Positions 30,791-42,466 of a stretch of 64,000 nt of DNA are shown here, piece by piece; position 1 is the stretch's first letter; every line of letters starts with the position of its first letter. The DNA is from an uncultured Veillonellaceae bacterium (GTDB taxonomy: Bacteria > Bacillota > Negativicutes > JARBTT01), in NCBI GenBank assembly GCA_963805085.1, contig CAWDTA010000002.1, forward strand, positions 192,001-256,000, read 5' to 3'. The translations under genes were made by a program, and so were the position numbers. Below the pieces are notes generated by a model, which was not told the origin of the DNA, searched no databases, and saw only the letters and a program-made list of their open reading frames with translations.

Positions 30791-31570
30791 CTATAGTGCG
30801 CCTTCTTTTGTAAGACTGGCGATTAATGCATTAACTTTTTCTTCTGGCGTACCATCTTTGTAAATGATATTTTTACGATTCATAACAAACCCTTTGATGG
30901 ATTTTACTTTATTTTTAGGTGTAATAGCTTCGGTAGCCAAACCTAAATCAGCCATACTGAGTTCAGTTGATGGTTTTTTAGCGGCTCCTAATACTTGTTT
31001 TAAACTTGGTATCCGTGGTTTGTTGATTTCTGGCAATACTGTGATTGCAACTGGGAACTCAGCAGTTACCACTTCACTGCAATCGCCGATTTTTCTGGTC
31101 GCTGTCACATGATTGCCTGTAATTGTTATTTCAGATACAAATGTAATGACTGGAATGCCTAGTAAAGTGGCAACTCGGGGTCCAACCTGCTGACCATAAG
31201 TATCTGCTGATCCTTCACCAAATAAAATCACATCGTATTCACCTATTTTTTTTATAGCCGCAGTCAGTACATTTGCTGTTACAAATCCATCTGCAATATC
31301 AGCTGCTGCATCATTTACCCAATAAGCTTTGGCCGGTCCGCGAGATAAAGCATCTTTTAATGATTGCTTTGCTTTACTATTTCCAAAGGTTAAGCTAGTT
31401 ACCATAGCATCACATTTTTCTGCCTGTAGTACTGCTTCCTCGATAGCATTTTTATCATATTCGCTAATTTTACTTTTTGCCCTGCCAATATCTAACGCTA
31501 GACTACCAGCGGTTATTTTAATATCTTGTTCATCTAAAACCCATTTATAACAAGCAATAATGTTAGCCAT
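30791..31570 (-). CDS. fixA: Electron transfer flavoprotein beta subunit (FixA)
   Basis: ISEYDKNAIEEA, GEGSADTYGQQVG, PRIPSLK. Confidence 0.9.
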   Translation of the reverse strand: MANIIACYKWVLDEQDIKITAGSLALDIGRAKSKISEYDKNAIEEAVLQAEKCDAMVTSLTFGNSKAKQSLKDALSRGPAKAYWVNDAAADIADGFVTANVLTAAIKKIGEYDVILFGEGSADTYGQQVGPRVATLLGIPVITFVSEITITGNHVTATRKIGDCSEVVTAEFPVAITVLPEINKPRIPSLKQVLGAAKKPSTELSMADLGLATEAITPKNKVKSIKGFVMNRKNIIYKDGTPEEKVNALIASLTKEGAL

Positions 31571-31625
31571 ATTAGCACTCCTTTATTAGTTAAGGGGCAG
31601 GCAAACTGCCCCTCCGTGTCTTTCA

Positions 31626-32438
31626 TTATTTTTTAGGGAATTTACCAGTAAAGTTTACTTTTGCTTTTTCAACAAAAGCAGTCATACCATCTTTTTGGTC
31701 TTCACTTGCAAAACATGCGCCAAAAATATAAGCTTCATATTGCATTGCATTTGGAATATCCATTTCTATACCGCGATTGATTGCATCTTTTGCAAAACGA
31801 ACTGCGATTGGGCTCTTGCTCATGATTTTCATAGCAAGTGCTTTTGCTTCATCAAGAAGAACTTCTGGTGCAACTACTTTTTGTACTAAACCAATTCGTA
31901 AAGCTTCTGGAGCTTTAACCATATCAGCGGAATAAATTAAATATTTAGCCATACCTCGACCAATAAGTCTTGGCATACGCTGCGTACCACCGAAGCCTGG
32001 AACAATACCTAAGCCAACTTCTGGTTGACCAAATCTTGCAGTTTCAGAAGCAATTCTGATATCGCAAGCCATTGCAAGTTCACAACCACCGCCAAGAGCG
32101 AAACCATTAACTGCTGCAATAACTGGTTTTGGGCATTGTTCAATTTTTAAGAAAACGCCTTGTCCTTGTTCAGCAAAGACTTTGCCTTCTTCCACATTTT
32201 TATCTTTCATTTCTGTAATATCGGCACCGGCAACAAATGATTTTTCTCCAGCACCAGTAATAATAATTGCTTGAATACTATCGTTTGCAGCTAGTTCATC
32301 AATAACTTGACCAATTTCATTAAGCAAAGCAGCATTTAAAGCATTAAGTGCTTTTGGACGATTTAACGTAACGATCGCTAAGCCATTTTCTTCTGTAAGC
32401 AATAAATTATGATAAGTAGTCAATTTTAACAACTCCAA
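31626..32438 (-). CDS. crt: Enoyl-CoA hydratase (crotonase)
   Basis: LNRPKALNALN, FVAGADI, ALGGGCELAMACD, GQPEVGLG..GFGGTQR. Confidence 0.9.
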   Translation of the reverse strand: MELLKLTTYHNLLLTEENGLAIVTLNRPKALNALNAALLNEIGQVIDELAANDSIQAIIITGAGEKSFVAGADITEMKDKNVEEGKVFAEQGQGVFLKIEQCPKPVIAAVNGFALGGGCELAMACDIRIASETARFGQPEVGLGIVPGFGGTQRMPRLIGRGMAKYLIYSADMVKAPEALRIGLVQKVVAPEVLLDEAKALAMKIMSKSPIAVRFAKDAINRGIEMDIPNAMQYEAYIFGACFASEDQKDGMTAFVEKAKVNFTGKFPKK

Positions 32439-32440
32439 TT

Positions 32441-34000
32441 TTATTTATTTGACATATCAGTAGATAATCCCATTGGTTTATCCATAAAGATTCTAGCGTC
32501 CATCAATTTTAGACCAGGGGAAACGGCTACTATAGCATCTAATTGATCTAAAACATCACGTTGTAAATCTACACCTGGCGCGATTTCTGTTAAGACCAAG
32601 CCATTTTCTTCTAATCTAAATACAGCTCTTTCTGTAATGTAAATAACCGGTTGATTGATTGATCTCGCATATTCAGCACTAAAGGTAACTTGTTCAACCT
32701 TTTCAATAAATTTCTTTGAACGACCTTCCTTATCAATTACTAACTTGCCGTCTTCTACTTTGATTTTTAAGCCGCCTGCCGTTAAAGTACCACAGAATAC
32801 AATTTTCTTTGCATTTTGAGAAATATTAATAAAGCCACCACAGCCTGGAATTTTGGGGCCAAACTTACTTACATTAAGATTCCCTTTGCTATCTACTTGC
32901 GCAATCCCCAAACAAGTAATATCTAAATTACCACCATCATAGAAGTCAAACATCTCAGCTTGTCCAAGCATAGCTTCAGCATTGATCGTAGCTCCAAAGC
33001 TTGCACCTGCTGCTGGGACCCCGCCAATACCACCCGATTCTACTGTCATAGTAAGAGTATCGCCGAAACCTTCTTCTGCTGCTACTGCTGCTACACCTTC
33101 TGGCATACCTATGCCAAGATTCGCACGGCAATGTGGTTTTAATTCCATAGCTGCACGACGCGCAATAATTTTGCGTTCGGTTAATGCCAACGGTTTTATT
33201 GCACCTAATGGCATTTTGACTTCGCCATTATAAGAAGGATTGTAATATTCTCCGCCTGTTTGATTAAATAAGCCAGCGTCGCCAACAACAACATAATCAA
33301 CTAAAACACCAGGAACCTTAATTGCTCTAGGATCAAGCGATCCTTTCCCTGCAACTCTTTCTACTTCGGCAATTACGATACCGTTATTTGCTTTTGCAGC
33401 ACCGGCAATTGCTAATGCTTCGCAATATACAGCTTCCCGTTCCATCGTTAAATTACCATTTTCATCGGTAGTACTAGCACGAATTAAAGCAACATCTACT
33501 GGAAAGGCTTTGTAGAATAAAAATTCTTCGCCATCAATATTCATTAATTTAACAATATCTTCTGTCGTTCTTGTATTGAGTTTGCCACCTTCAAGACGTG
33601 GGTCAATAAAAGTTTTTAAACCAACCTTACTAAGTACCCCTGGTTTTTTACCTGCCGCAGCTCTATGTAAATGAGAAACGATCCCTTGTGGTATGTTATA
33701 AGCTTCTACTTGGTTATTACTAACCAATTCTCCTAAGCGTGGGGCCAAGCCATAGTGACCGCCAATGATTCTTCTAATCATTCCAGCATTACCAAAATGA
33801 TTAGATCCTTTAGTTTTACCATCGCCAATACCTGCACTGAATTGAATGGTCAAATCTTTAGGATGCCCAGAAGCTAAGAAACTTTCTTCGCAAGCAGAAG
33901 TGATACTTTCCGGATGGTCACAACCAACGAAACCTGTCATCGCTACGAAAGTATCATCTTGAATAAGTTTGATTGCTTCTTCTTTTGTAATAATTTTCAT
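32441..34000 (-). CDS. Family I acyl-CoA:acetate CoA-transferase (Pct/YdiF type)
   Basis: NLGIGMP, catalytic VESG, GCGGFINISQ. Confidence 0.9.
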   Translation of the reverse strand: MKIITKEEAIKLIQDDTFVAMTGFVGCDHPESITSACEESFLASGHPKDLTIQFSAGIGDGKTKGSNHFGNAGMIRRIIGGHYGLAPRLGELVSNNQVEAYNIPQGIVSHLHRAAAGKKPGVLSKVGLKTFIDPRLEGGKLNTRTTEDIVKLMNIDGEEFLFYKAFPVDVALIRASTTDENGNLTMEREAVYCEALAIAGAAKANNGIVIAEVERVAGKGSLDPRAIKVPGVLVDYVVVGDAGLFNQTGGEYYNPSYNGEVKMPLGAIKPLALTERKIIARRAAMELKPHCRANLGIGMPEGVAAVAAEEGFGDTLTMTVESGGIGGVPAAGASFGATINAEAMLGQAEMFDFYDGGNLDITCLGIAQVDSKGNLNVSKFGPKIPGCGGFINISQNAKKIVFCGTLTAGGLKIKVEDGKLVIDKEGRSKKFIEKVEQVTFSAEYARSINQPVIYITERAVFRLEENGLVLTEIAPGVDLQRDVLDQLDAIVAVSPGLKLMDARIFMDKPMGLSTDMSNK

Positions 34001-34044
34001 CGATTTTTGCTCCCTTACCGTGATTTTATCGTATTACTCTATGA

Positions 34045-35184
34045 TTAACGCAGTAAACTACCAGCAATAACCATACGTTGTACTTCATTGGTACCTTCAT
34101 AAAGAGTACAAATCTTAGCATCACGATAACAACGTTCAACTTTAAAGTCTTTAATATAGCCATAACCACCATGAATTTGAATTGCTTTATTACATACCCA
34201 ATCAGCAGATTCTGATGCAAACATTTTAGCCATTGCAGCTTCTTTACTATATTTTTCTCCTCTATCTTTTGCTGCCGCAGCTTGGTAAGTCAATAAACGA
34301 GAAGCTTGAATTTTTGTTTCCATTTCAGCAAGCATCCATTGAATTGCTTGTTTTGTTGCGATTGGTTTACCGAATTGCACTCTTTCTTTTGCAAATTTTA
34401 CAGCTTCTTCTAATGCTGCTTGGGCAATTCCTAAAGCTTGTGCAGCAACACCGATACGACCACCATCTAGAGTAGTCATTGCAATGCCGAAGCCTTTGCC
34501 TTCTTTACCAATTAGGTTTTCTTTTGGAATATGGCAATTTTTAAAAATTAATTCTGTTGTTTGCGATCCACGAATCCCCATTTTGTCTTCATGTTTACCA
34601 ATCTCAAAACCAGGTACTCCACCTTCGACCACAAAAGCACTTATTCCTTTAGTACCTAATGTAGGATCTGTAAGCGCTAAAATAATATATACATCAGCTA
34701 CACCACCATTGGTGATAAAACATTTTGTTCCGTTCAGTACATATTCGTCACCATCAAGTTTTGCTGTACATTGACCGGCCGCCGCATCTGTGCCAGCACT
34801 TGGTTCAGTTAATGCAAAAGCGGCTAATTTTTCTCCTTTACATAATGGAACTAAATATTTTTGTTTTAATTCTTCAGAACCCCAATTATAAATAGGGAAC
34901 ATTCCTAATGAGCAATGTGCGGAATAAATGATACCTGTAGAAGCACAAGCTTTTGACAATTCTTCTACTACCATAATATAGCTTAAATAATCTGCACCTG
35001 CTCCGCCGTATTCTTCTGGATAAGGCATACCCATAAAGTCCATTTCAGCCATTTTCTTAATTGTTTCAGCGGGATAACGACCTGTTTTATCTAATTCTTC
35101 TGCAAGTGGTTCTACCTGCTCTGCCGCAAATTCACGAGCATTTTGTTGAATAAGTTGTTGTTCTTCCGTTAAAGCGAAATCCAT
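34045..35184 (-). CDS. bcd: Acyl-CoA (butyryl-CoA-type) dehydrogenase
   Basis: FALTEPSAGTD, GTKCFITNG, KMGIRGS, YRDAKICTLYEGTNEVQR. Confidence 0.9.
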   Translation of the reverse strand: MDFALTEEQQLIQQNAREFAAEQVEPLAEELDKTGRYPAETIKKMAEMDFMGMPYPEEYGGAGADYLSYIMVVEELSKACASTGIIYSAHCSLGMFPIYNWGSEELKQKYLVPLCKGEKLAAFALTEPSAGTDAAAGQCTAKLDGDEYVLNGTKCFITNGGVADVYIILALTDPTLGTKGISAFVVEGGVPGFEIGKHEDKMGIRGSQTTELIFKNCHIPKENLIGKEGKGFGIAMTTLDGGRIGVAAQALGIAQAALEEAVKFAKERVQFGKPIATKQAIQWMLAEMETKIQASRLLTYQAAAAKDRGEKYSKEAAMAKMFASESADWVCNKAIQIHGGYGYIKDFKVERCYRDAKICTLYEGTNEVQRMVIAGSLLR

Positions 35185-35302
35185 AATAAAAATCCTCCTC
35201 AAAATATACAATTAAATTTTTTTATTAAATCACTACCAACAATATAGTTATCTAAAAATAACATTGCTAAATATGATTTAATTATTGACACAAATATATA
35301 AT

Positions 35303-35318
35303 TGCATTTAACGTGCCA
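35303..35318 (-). promoter_or_regulatory. Sigma54 -24/-12 promoter of the bcd-fix operon
   Basis: Minus strand TGGCACGTTAAATGCA (GG-N10-GC). Confidence 0.85.
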
Positions 35319-35532
35319 ATTCTTAGATTTTTATGAAAATTTTCTTTTTGCATCTTTGTCAGAAAATTAGGAACTATTAATTATATTGGGTGTGAGCCAT
35401 GCCATTAGCATAAAAAAAAATTATTAAATCATAATAACAAATCATTATTTCCGACATTTAATTGATTTTTGACAAAGAAAAAGTGTCGGTATAGACGTCA
35501 TATATAGACATACCGACACAGTGTTTGTTTTC

Positions 35533-37590
35533 TTATTTTAAATTGTACTTTTTCATCTTTTCATATAGCGTAGAACGATGAATTCCTAAAATTTTTGCAG
35601 CTAATGCCTTATTTCCTTTGGTATCATGCAATACGTCCTGAATATTTTTTTCTTCATCTTCCACTACGCCTTCGCTATTTTTCTTTCGTTGAGAACTCTG
35701 CTGTTCTACAACTATAGACGGAAGTTGCTTTGGCGTAATGAGTATACTACTCACAGTTGCACCAATTTGCTCCAAAATGTTGATTAATTCTCGGATGTTC
35801 CCCGGCCAATTATAAGAACGAAGCAAAGCTAAAGCTTCTGGTGAAAATTGTTTTAAAAGAATCCCCAAATTATTGCACATCTTAGGCATCAACATGTCTA
35901 TTAACTCACCGATATCTTCTTGCCGCTCCCTTAAAGAAGGAACATTTAAACATATTACATTAAGACGATAATATAAATCTTCTCTAAAGATTTTTTTCTC
36001 TACCAATTCAAGTAAATTTTTATTGGTCGCTGCAATAATACGAACATCACAATACCGAACCTGTTCTCCGCCAACGTGTTCAAAGGTTTTATTTTGCATA
36101 ACTCTAAGTAATTTTGCCTGCATTGAGAGTGGCATATCGCCAATTTCATCTAAGAACAAGGTTCCGCCTTCAGCGATTTCAAATTTACCCTTTTTCCCAC
36201 CCTTTTTTGCCCCAGTAAAAGCACCTTCGTCATAACCAAACAATTCTGTTTCCAACAATTCTGCTGGTATAGCTGCACAGTTAATTGCAACTAACTTTTT
36301 ATTGCACCGATTACTTCCATTGTGAATAGCCTGTGCAAATAAATCCTTGCCTGTACCACTTTCCCCTTGAATCAATACCGTTGCATCCGTTATAGCTGCT
36401 TTTGCTGCTAAATTTTTTACAGAAACGATACTACGTGATCGGCCAATGATACTTTCAAAAGTAATGAGCTGTTTGGAATCTTTTAAGCTACTATCTTGCC
36501 CCTGTGAATTTACTTTGAGTAAAGTTTTTCCACGTTCTAATATTGTGCCAACTTCGCTAATATCTTTAAAAATAGCCTCACCAATTGCCCCAATAATTCT
36601 ACCTTCCTTAAACATCGGTACCCTACTAACCACAACTTGCCGGCCTTTTACCCCTTGGAACTCCGCTAACTCCGCAATACCTGTTTTTAAGACAATATGC
36701 ATGCGCGAATTTTCCACTGCACTATCTGCTTTTCGCCCAATCAATTCTTCTCTTGAAATTCCCATCACATTTTCATAAGAATTATTGACTAATTTAATCA
36801 CATTATCTGTACCAACCACAATGATTCCTTGTGCCATACTTTCAAATACGCACTCCAAAGCTTGTATGCTACTTTCTTTTTCAATGAGTTGATCAGTGAT
36901 ACCAGCTTCTTGCGAAATATCTCTAAGAACTGCTACCGCACCCACGACCTTATAGCCTTCACAAATCGGTGCACGATTTACGCTTAACGTTTGCCCATTT
37001 ATCTCAAAGGATTGATTAAGTTCCGTCTCACCCATCCGGATGACATTCATTAATCGCGAATTCGGTAAAATATCATAAATAAATTTATCTTTGGCATCTT
37101 CAGGTTTTACGCCAATCAAACGACCTGCGATCTCATTAATTTCTTTAATAATACCATAATAGTTGACAATAATTGTTCCATCATAAGATAGCTTCATTAA
37201 ATTTTTTATAATATTATTTGCCTTCCACATTTTTGAATAAAATATCTTCATAAACTCTTGCCGATTCAGCATTCCTACAATTCTATGATCATAATCAACC
37301 ACTGGCAAATGATTCATTGGTATCTGCCACGCTTCTTCTAGAGTATTATCAGGACTTATTGTAATAACCCCTTGTGTCATAATAGAGTCTATGCTACTGC
37401 TTACGGGTATTTCATTAACAATTGCTTCAATAATATTAGTTCGAGTAACCATTCCAACTAATTTGTTGTTTTGTTCCAGTACTGGAGCTACATCTATTTT
37501 ATATTTATAAAATAGCCCAACTACATCTTTTAATGTATGATTAATTTTAAGGGTTTTGGGATTTGATGTCATAAAATCTCTTACCAGCAT
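35533..37590 (-). CDS. Sigma54-dependent activator (CBS-PAS-PAS-AAA-HTH)
   Basis: GESGTGKD, ELFGYDEGAFTGA, FREDLYYRLNV, Fis HTH; N-terminal CBS pair. Confidence 0.95.
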   Translation of the reverse strand: MLVRDFMTSNPKTLKINHTLKDVVGLFYKYKIDVAPVLEQNNKLVGMVTRTNIIEAIVNEIPVSSSIDSIMTQGVITISPDNTLEEAWQIPMNHLPVVDYDHRIVGMLNRQEFMKIFYSKMWKANNIIKNLMKLSYDGTIIVNYYGIIKEINEIAGRLIGVKPEDAKDKFIYDILPNSRLMNVIRMGETELNQSFEINGQTLSVNRAPICEGYKVVGAVAVLRDISQEAGITDQLIEKESSIQALECVFESMAQGIIVVGTDNVIKLVNNSYENVMGISREELIGRKADSAVENSRMHIVLKTGIAELAEFQGVKGRQVVVSRVPMFKEGRIIGAIGEAIFKDISEVGTILERGKTLLKVNSQGQDSSLKDSKQLITFESIIGRSRSIVSVKNLAAKAAITDATVLIQGESGTGKDLFAQAIHNGSNRCNKKLVAINCAAIPAELLETELFGYDEGAFTGAKKGGKKGKFEIAEGGTLFLDEIGDMPLSMQAKLLRVMQNKTFEHVGGEQVRYCDVRIIAATNKNLLELVEKKIFREDLYYRLNVICLNVPSLRERQEDIGELIDMLMPKMCNNLGILLKQFSPEALALLRSYNWPGNIRELINILEQIGATVSSILITPKQLPSIVVEQQSSQRKKNSEGVVEDEEKNIQDVLHDTKGNKALAAKILGIHRSTLYEKMKKYNLK

Positions 37591-37861
37591 GTCAGTACCT
37601 CCATATAAATATTGTACTCTTTTGCTATAGCAGGATATGTCTACTTAAAAGCCATTCCCCTTTATTATACACATCATTTTTGTTAATACGACAAATTTCG
37701 TCATTAAATTACAAAAAATAATTCATTGTTTTCTGAATATAAAGTCTTTTGATCATTTACTCTATTAATATTGAAATTAATATACTTTATCGGCTTTAAG
37801 TTAAATATAAATAGAGGGATTAGCACGCTATGCTAATCCCCCTGCAATAAATTAAATTTGA

Positions 37862-38281
37862 TTATTCTTTAGGCGGCATAGCCAGTGCTTCACCATCTAA
37901 AACAACTTTACCATCTTGATTCGTACAAGTCGTTTTTAAAGTAATACGATTGCGATCTACATTGCGATCAATGACTTCTGCTCTAGCAGTTATTGTATCA
38001 CCAAATCTTACTGGAGCCGTAAATTTTAAGGTTTGTGACATATAGATCGTTCCTGGTCCTGGTAGTTGCATTCCTAAGACAGCCGAAACCAAACCAGCAC
38101 TTAACATTCCATGCGCGATACGTCCTTTAAACATCCCCTTTTCAGCTTCTACTGCATTTATATGCGCCGGATTCAAATCGCCAGTAATACCAGCAAATAA
38201 ATACACGTCACTTTCAGAAATTGTTTTTGTGTGCTCAGCAAAATCCCCTACTTTTAATTCAGCCATAGTTCTACCTTTCAT
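37862..38281 (-). CDS. MaoC-family (R)-specific enoyl-CoA hydratase
   Basis: FAGITGDLNPAH, IAHGML, LPGPG. Confidence 0.9.
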   Translation of the reverse strand: MKGRTMAELKVGDFAEHTKTISESDVYLFAGITGDLNPAHINAVEAEKGMFKGRIAHGMLSAGLVSAVLGMQLPGPGTIYMSQTLKFTAPVRFGDTITARAEVIDRNVDRNRITLKTTCTNQDGKVVLDGEALAMPPKE

Positions 38282-38357
38282 ATGTTTTTCCTCCTAAATT
38301 TTATAATTATTTTTTCATTATCTATTGGTAAATCATAAATAAGTACTAGCTTAATTT

Positions 38358-39761
38358 TTATAAAAGCCCTGTCATTGTATGGAATGCAATGATTGCAAAA
38401 CAGGTGACTGTTTTAATGACTGTCATCGCGAAAATATCTTTATACGATTGTCTATGTGTCAAACCACACACTGCTAAAAGTGTGATAACAGCACCATTAT
38501 GTGGTAATGTATCCATACCACCGGATGCCATTGATGCAACCCTATGTAAAATTTCTGGTGACATTCCGATAGAATGTGCCCAAGCCAGCCAATCTTGCGC
38601 CATCAAATCTAGCGCAATGGACATACCACCGGATGCAGAACCCGTAATCCCCGATAAAACATTTACCGTTACCGCTTCTGACATCAGCGGAGAACCACCA
38701 ATATGAATACTCAATAAGGATGCTGCAATTTCTTTAAACCCTGGTAAAGCCGCAATAACATTGCCGTAACCAACTTCAGATGCAGTATTCATGATTGCAA
38801 GCAAAGATCCAATTGCCCCCGCGTTCAAGGCTGCTTGTATTCCACCTTTTTTTAAGTTTTTGTGCCCTACCGCAAGCGCTAAAAGAACACCACTTACAAG
38901 GCCTACAATTAGTGACCAAATACTAATAACGCTTTTAATATCACCAGCTACTAGAGGTAATTTCATTGCCTGAAATGGTGTCAACATTGCGTTATTCCAG
39001 GTAAATAGATCTGTCATCAAAAAATTAACCACTAGAACTGCTGCTAAAGGTAATACGGCAATTTTCCAATCTGGTAAACTTCCAGTTTGACTTTCCTCTA
39101 GTTTTGGCTCATTTAACGTGTGGTTACCATAGCCTTCGCCCTTGGCTTGCGCATCCTTACGACGATGTTCTAACCACATAATTCCTAAACATAAAATTAA
39201 AAGACCGCCTATCATACCGCAAATTGGTGCCGCATAAAGATTAGTACCAAAAAATTTTGTCGGAATTAAATTTTGAATTTGCGGTGTACCAGGAGCGGCA
39301 TCCATCGTGAAGGTAAATGCACCAAGTGCAATGGTTCCTGGAATTAACCGTTTTGGTATATCTGCTTCTTTAAATAATGCTGCTGCAAAAGGATATACTG
39401 CAAACACTACAACGAATAAAAGCACACCACCATAAGTCAAAACAACACAAGCTAGTACAACCGCTAAAATTGCTCTTTCTTTTCCTAGCCCTTTGATGAT
39501 AGCTGCAGCAATTGATTTTGCCAGTCCAGTATCTTCCATAACCTTTCCGAAAATAGCACCTAATATAAATACGGGGAAAAAAGATTTAATATAGATAACG
39601 GCTTTTACCATAAATAACTCTGTATAAGATGGTAAAATAGAAAATCCTTGAGTCATTGCTGCTAATAGTGCGAATATTGGCGCAAATAAAATAACAGAAA
39701 ATCCTTTGTACGCAAAAGTGATCAGCAAGATCAAGCTTAGTATGATTCCGATTATTTCCAT
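38358..39761 (-). CDS. GntP-family permease (3-hydroxybutyrate permease-like)
   Basis: PGTPQIQN, GITGSASGGMSIAL, DTLPHNGAV. Confidence 0.85.
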   Translation of the reverse strand: MEIIGIILSLILLITFAYKGFSVILFAPIFALLAAMTQGFSILPSYTELFMVKAVIYIKSFFPVFILGAIFGKVMEDTGLAKSIAAAIIKGLGKERAILAVVLACVVLTYGGVLLFVVVFAVYPFAAALFKEADIPKRLIPGTIALGAFTFTMDAAPGTPQIQNLIPTKFFGTNLYAAPICGMIGGLLILCLGIMWLEHRRKDAQAKGEGYGNHTLNEPKLEESQTGSLPDWKIAVLPLAAVLVVNFLMTDLFTWNNAMLTPFQAMKLPLVAGDIKSVISIWSLIVGLVSGVLLALAVGHKNLKKGGIQAALNAGAIGSLLAIMNTASEVGYGNVIAALPGFKEIAASLLSIHIGGSPLMSEAVTVNVLSGITGSASGGMSIALDLMAQDWLAWAHSIGMSPEILHRVASMASGGMDTLPHNGAVITLLAVCGLTHRQSYKDIFAMTVIKTVTCFAIIAFHTMTGLL

Positions 39762-39970
39762 GAATCTATCTCCTTCTAATTATAATCTGAATTTTCAGGT
39801 ATTCATTCTGGTCTGATTGCTATACTATTCTTCTGACCAAGATCAATAAAAGAATTTATTTCACCTTCCTTTTCACTATTTCTATACCGTATGAGCATTG
39901 ATAAGCTAACGCCGAATCAAAATAGTTTCTGATTATCATAGCATAATTTTAACTCATGCTGATGTATTAC

Positions 39971-39986
39971 TGCATTTACTGTGCCA
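39971..39986 (-). promoter_or_regulatory. Sigma54 -24/-12 promoter of the permease-maoC operon
   Basis: Minus strand TGGCACAGTAAATGCA (GG-N10-GC). Confidence 0.85.
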
Positions 39987-40317
39987 ACATGATAATGTTA
40001 GGGAAACCAAGGCATTTATCGCTTTATGAACCAAATTTGAGTGTCTAATCAGACATTTTTTTCAGACACAACTACACTTTTAATTGTTTTTTCATAATTT
40101 TCAATCATTTTGTAATTAAAACTGAATACATATCTACTGTTTATTGACAAAGTCTTCAGAATTTATTAAGATTACTTGTATAATAAACTTAAAATTACGA
40201 AATTTTGTACTAAAACCCTACTTTATAAATACATCCACTTAGAAATTTAATTGTAGTATCCGACACTTTATACAGACGCTCGTCCACCTTTTACTATGAA
40301 TGTGATAATAATAAAAT

Positions 40318-40362
40318 AAAAAAACAGTATCCGAATTTGTAAATTCGGATACTGTTTTTTTA
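40318..40362. terminator. Intrinsic terminator after sucD
   Basis: AAAAAAACAGTATCCGAATTT/AAATTCGGATACTGTTTTTTT. Confidence 0.75.
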
Positions 40363-40384
40363 TTATTATCTTTTCTGAATGCGA

Positions 40385-41287
40385 TTAATGCGTATGACAA
40401 GAGTCATACAGACCTTTTTCTTTTAACACTTTGATTAAGGTTTCCCCCATCGCAGCTGGTGTTGGTGCTACTTGGATACCACAAGAATTCATCGCCCGAA
40501 TTTTTTCATCAGCCGTGCCTTTTCCGCCCGAAATAATCGCACCAGCGTGTCCCATACGTTTACCTGGAGGTGCCATACGACCACCGATAAAACCAACTAC
40601 CGGTTTTTTCATATGTTTTTTGATCCATTCAGCCGCTTCTTCTTCGGCCGTACCACCAATTTCACCAAGCATCATCACCGCATAAGTATCTTCATCTTCA
40701 TTAAAAGCTTTTAATACATCAATAAAATCCATACCTTTGATTGGATCGCCACCGATACCAACAGCAGAAGTCTGTCCAATTCCAGCCTGTGACAATTGAT
40801 GTACTGCTTCGTAAGTTAAGGTTCCCGAACGCGATATAACGCCAACATGACCTTTTTTATGAATATAGGATGGCATCAAGCCAATCTTGCACTCCTCGGC
40901 AGTAGTAACACCCGGACAATTTGGTCCGATTAAACGTGTTTTCTTGCCTTCCATATAACGTTTTACCTTGACCATATCGAGTACAGGAATATGTTCAGTT
41001 ATACAAATCACCAATGCTAGCTCCGAATCTACAGCTTCCAAAATCGCATCTGCGGCAAATGGGGCTGGTACATAAATAACCGAAACAGTTGCACCAGTTG
41101 CTTTAACTGCTTCACTTAATGTATTAAAAACTGGTACGCCCTCGACCTTCTCGCCGCCTTTACCCGGTGTAACACCAGCAACTATTTTTGTTCCGTATTC
41201 AATCATTTGTTTTGTATGAAATTTTGCCGTAGAACCTGTAATCCCTTGTACAACGACCTTCGTATCTTTATTAACTAAAATACTCAT
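40385..41287 (-). CDS. sucD: Succinyl-CoA synthetase alpha subunit
   Basis: [28 protein letters not shown]. Confidence 0.95.
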   Translation of the reverse strand: MSILVNKDTKVVVQGITGSTAKFHTKQMIEYGTKIVAGVTPGKGGEKVEGVPVFNTLSEAVKATGATVSVIYVPAPFAADAILEAVDSELALVICITEHIPVLDMVKVKRYMEGKKTRLIGPNCPGVTTAEECKIGLMPSYIHKKGHVGVISRSGTLTYEAVHQLSQAGIGQTSAVGIGGDPIKGMDFIDVLKAFNEDEDTYAVMMLGEIGGTAEEEAAEWIKKHMKKPVVGFIGGRMAPPGKRMGHAGAIISGGKGTADEKIRAMNSCGIQVAPTPAAMGETLIKVLKEKGLYDSCHTH

Positions 41288-41305
41288 TTTATTCCCTCCC
41301 CACAA

Positions 41306-42466
41306 TTAACCTACTAAAGAAACAATTTTTTCCGCACCGCTACCAAGTGAATCTGCCACCACAATATCTATCCCAGATTTTTTCAAAATCTCTTTTCCTT
41401 GCTTTACATTCGTACCTTCTAAACGAACCACTAGTGGTACATGAATGCCAACCTGCTGTGCTGCGCCAACAATACCTTGCGCAATAACATCGCATTTGTT
41501 AATGCCACCAAAAATATTAACAAAAATACCTTTTACCTTTTTATCCGCAAGGATGATGTCAAATGCACCTTTTACGGTTTCCACTGTAGTTTTTCCGCCA
41601 ACATCCAAGAAATTTGCTGGTTCGCCGCCATAATGTTTGATAATGTCAACCGTCGCCATTGCCAGTCCTGCCCCATTTACCATACATGCAATATCACCGT
41701 CTAAAGTAACATAGTTCAGGTCATATTTGGCTGCTTCTAACTCATTGGCATCTTCTTCATCATTATCACGATATTCGACCACATCTGGATGACGATACAA
41801 GCCACTATCATCAAAATTTAGTTTTGCATCAAGTGCCATGACTTTACCATCACCAGTCACAACAAGTGGATTGATTTCCGCAATCGAACAATCTTTTTCG
41901 ATAAATACACGATAAAGTCCCATCATAAATTTAACGGCCTGTCCAACAAGTTCTGGCGGAATATTAATATTAAAAGCGATTCGTCTTGCTTGATAACCAG
42001 CAAGTCCAACCACTGGATCAATCACTTCTTTGAAAATTTTCTCAGGCGTTTTCGCTGCTACTGCTTCAATTTCAGTGCCGCCTTCTTCTGAAGCCATCAA
42101 AACAACACTAGAAGTTGCTCTATCGATAACCAGCCCAATATAATATTCTTTTTTGATATCACAGCCCTCTTCAATGAGCAACCGTTTTACGACTTTTCCT
42201 TCTGGACCTGTTTGATGTGTAACTAGAATTTTTCCTAAAATATCGCTCGCATATTGACGAACTTCATCAATATTTTTAGCAACTTTAACCCCACCAGCCT
42301 TGCCACGCCCACCAGCGTGAATTTGTGCTTTTACCACACAAACTTTCGTAGCTAGTTCCTGAGCAACGGCAACGGCTTCTTCTACGGAAAAAGCTGCTTT
42401 ACCATTCGGTACAGCTACACCATATTGTCTGAGGATTTCTTTCCCTTGATATTCATGGATATTCAT
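41306..42466 (-). CDS. sucC: Succinyl-CoA synthetase beta subunit
   Basis: [33 protein letters not shown]. Confidence 0.95.
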   Translation of the reverse strand: MNIHEYQGKEILRQYGVAVPNGKAAFSVEEAVAVAQELATKVCVVKAQIHAGGRGKAGGVKVAKNIDEVRQYASDILGKILVTHQTGPEGKVVKRLLIEEGCDIKKEYYIGLVIDRATSSVVLMASEEGGTEIEAVAAKTPEKIFKEVIDPVVGLAGYQARRIAFNINIPPELVGQAVKFMMGLYRVFIEKDCSIAEINPLVVTGDGKVMALDAKLNFDDSGLYRHPDVVEYRDNDEEDANELEAAKYDLNYVTLDGDIACMVNGAGLAMATVDIIKHYGGEPANFLDVGGKTTVETVKGAFDIILADKKVKGIFVNIFGGINKCDVIAQGIVGAAQQVGIHVPLVVRLEGTNVKQGKEILKKSGIDIVVADSLGSGAEKIVSLVG

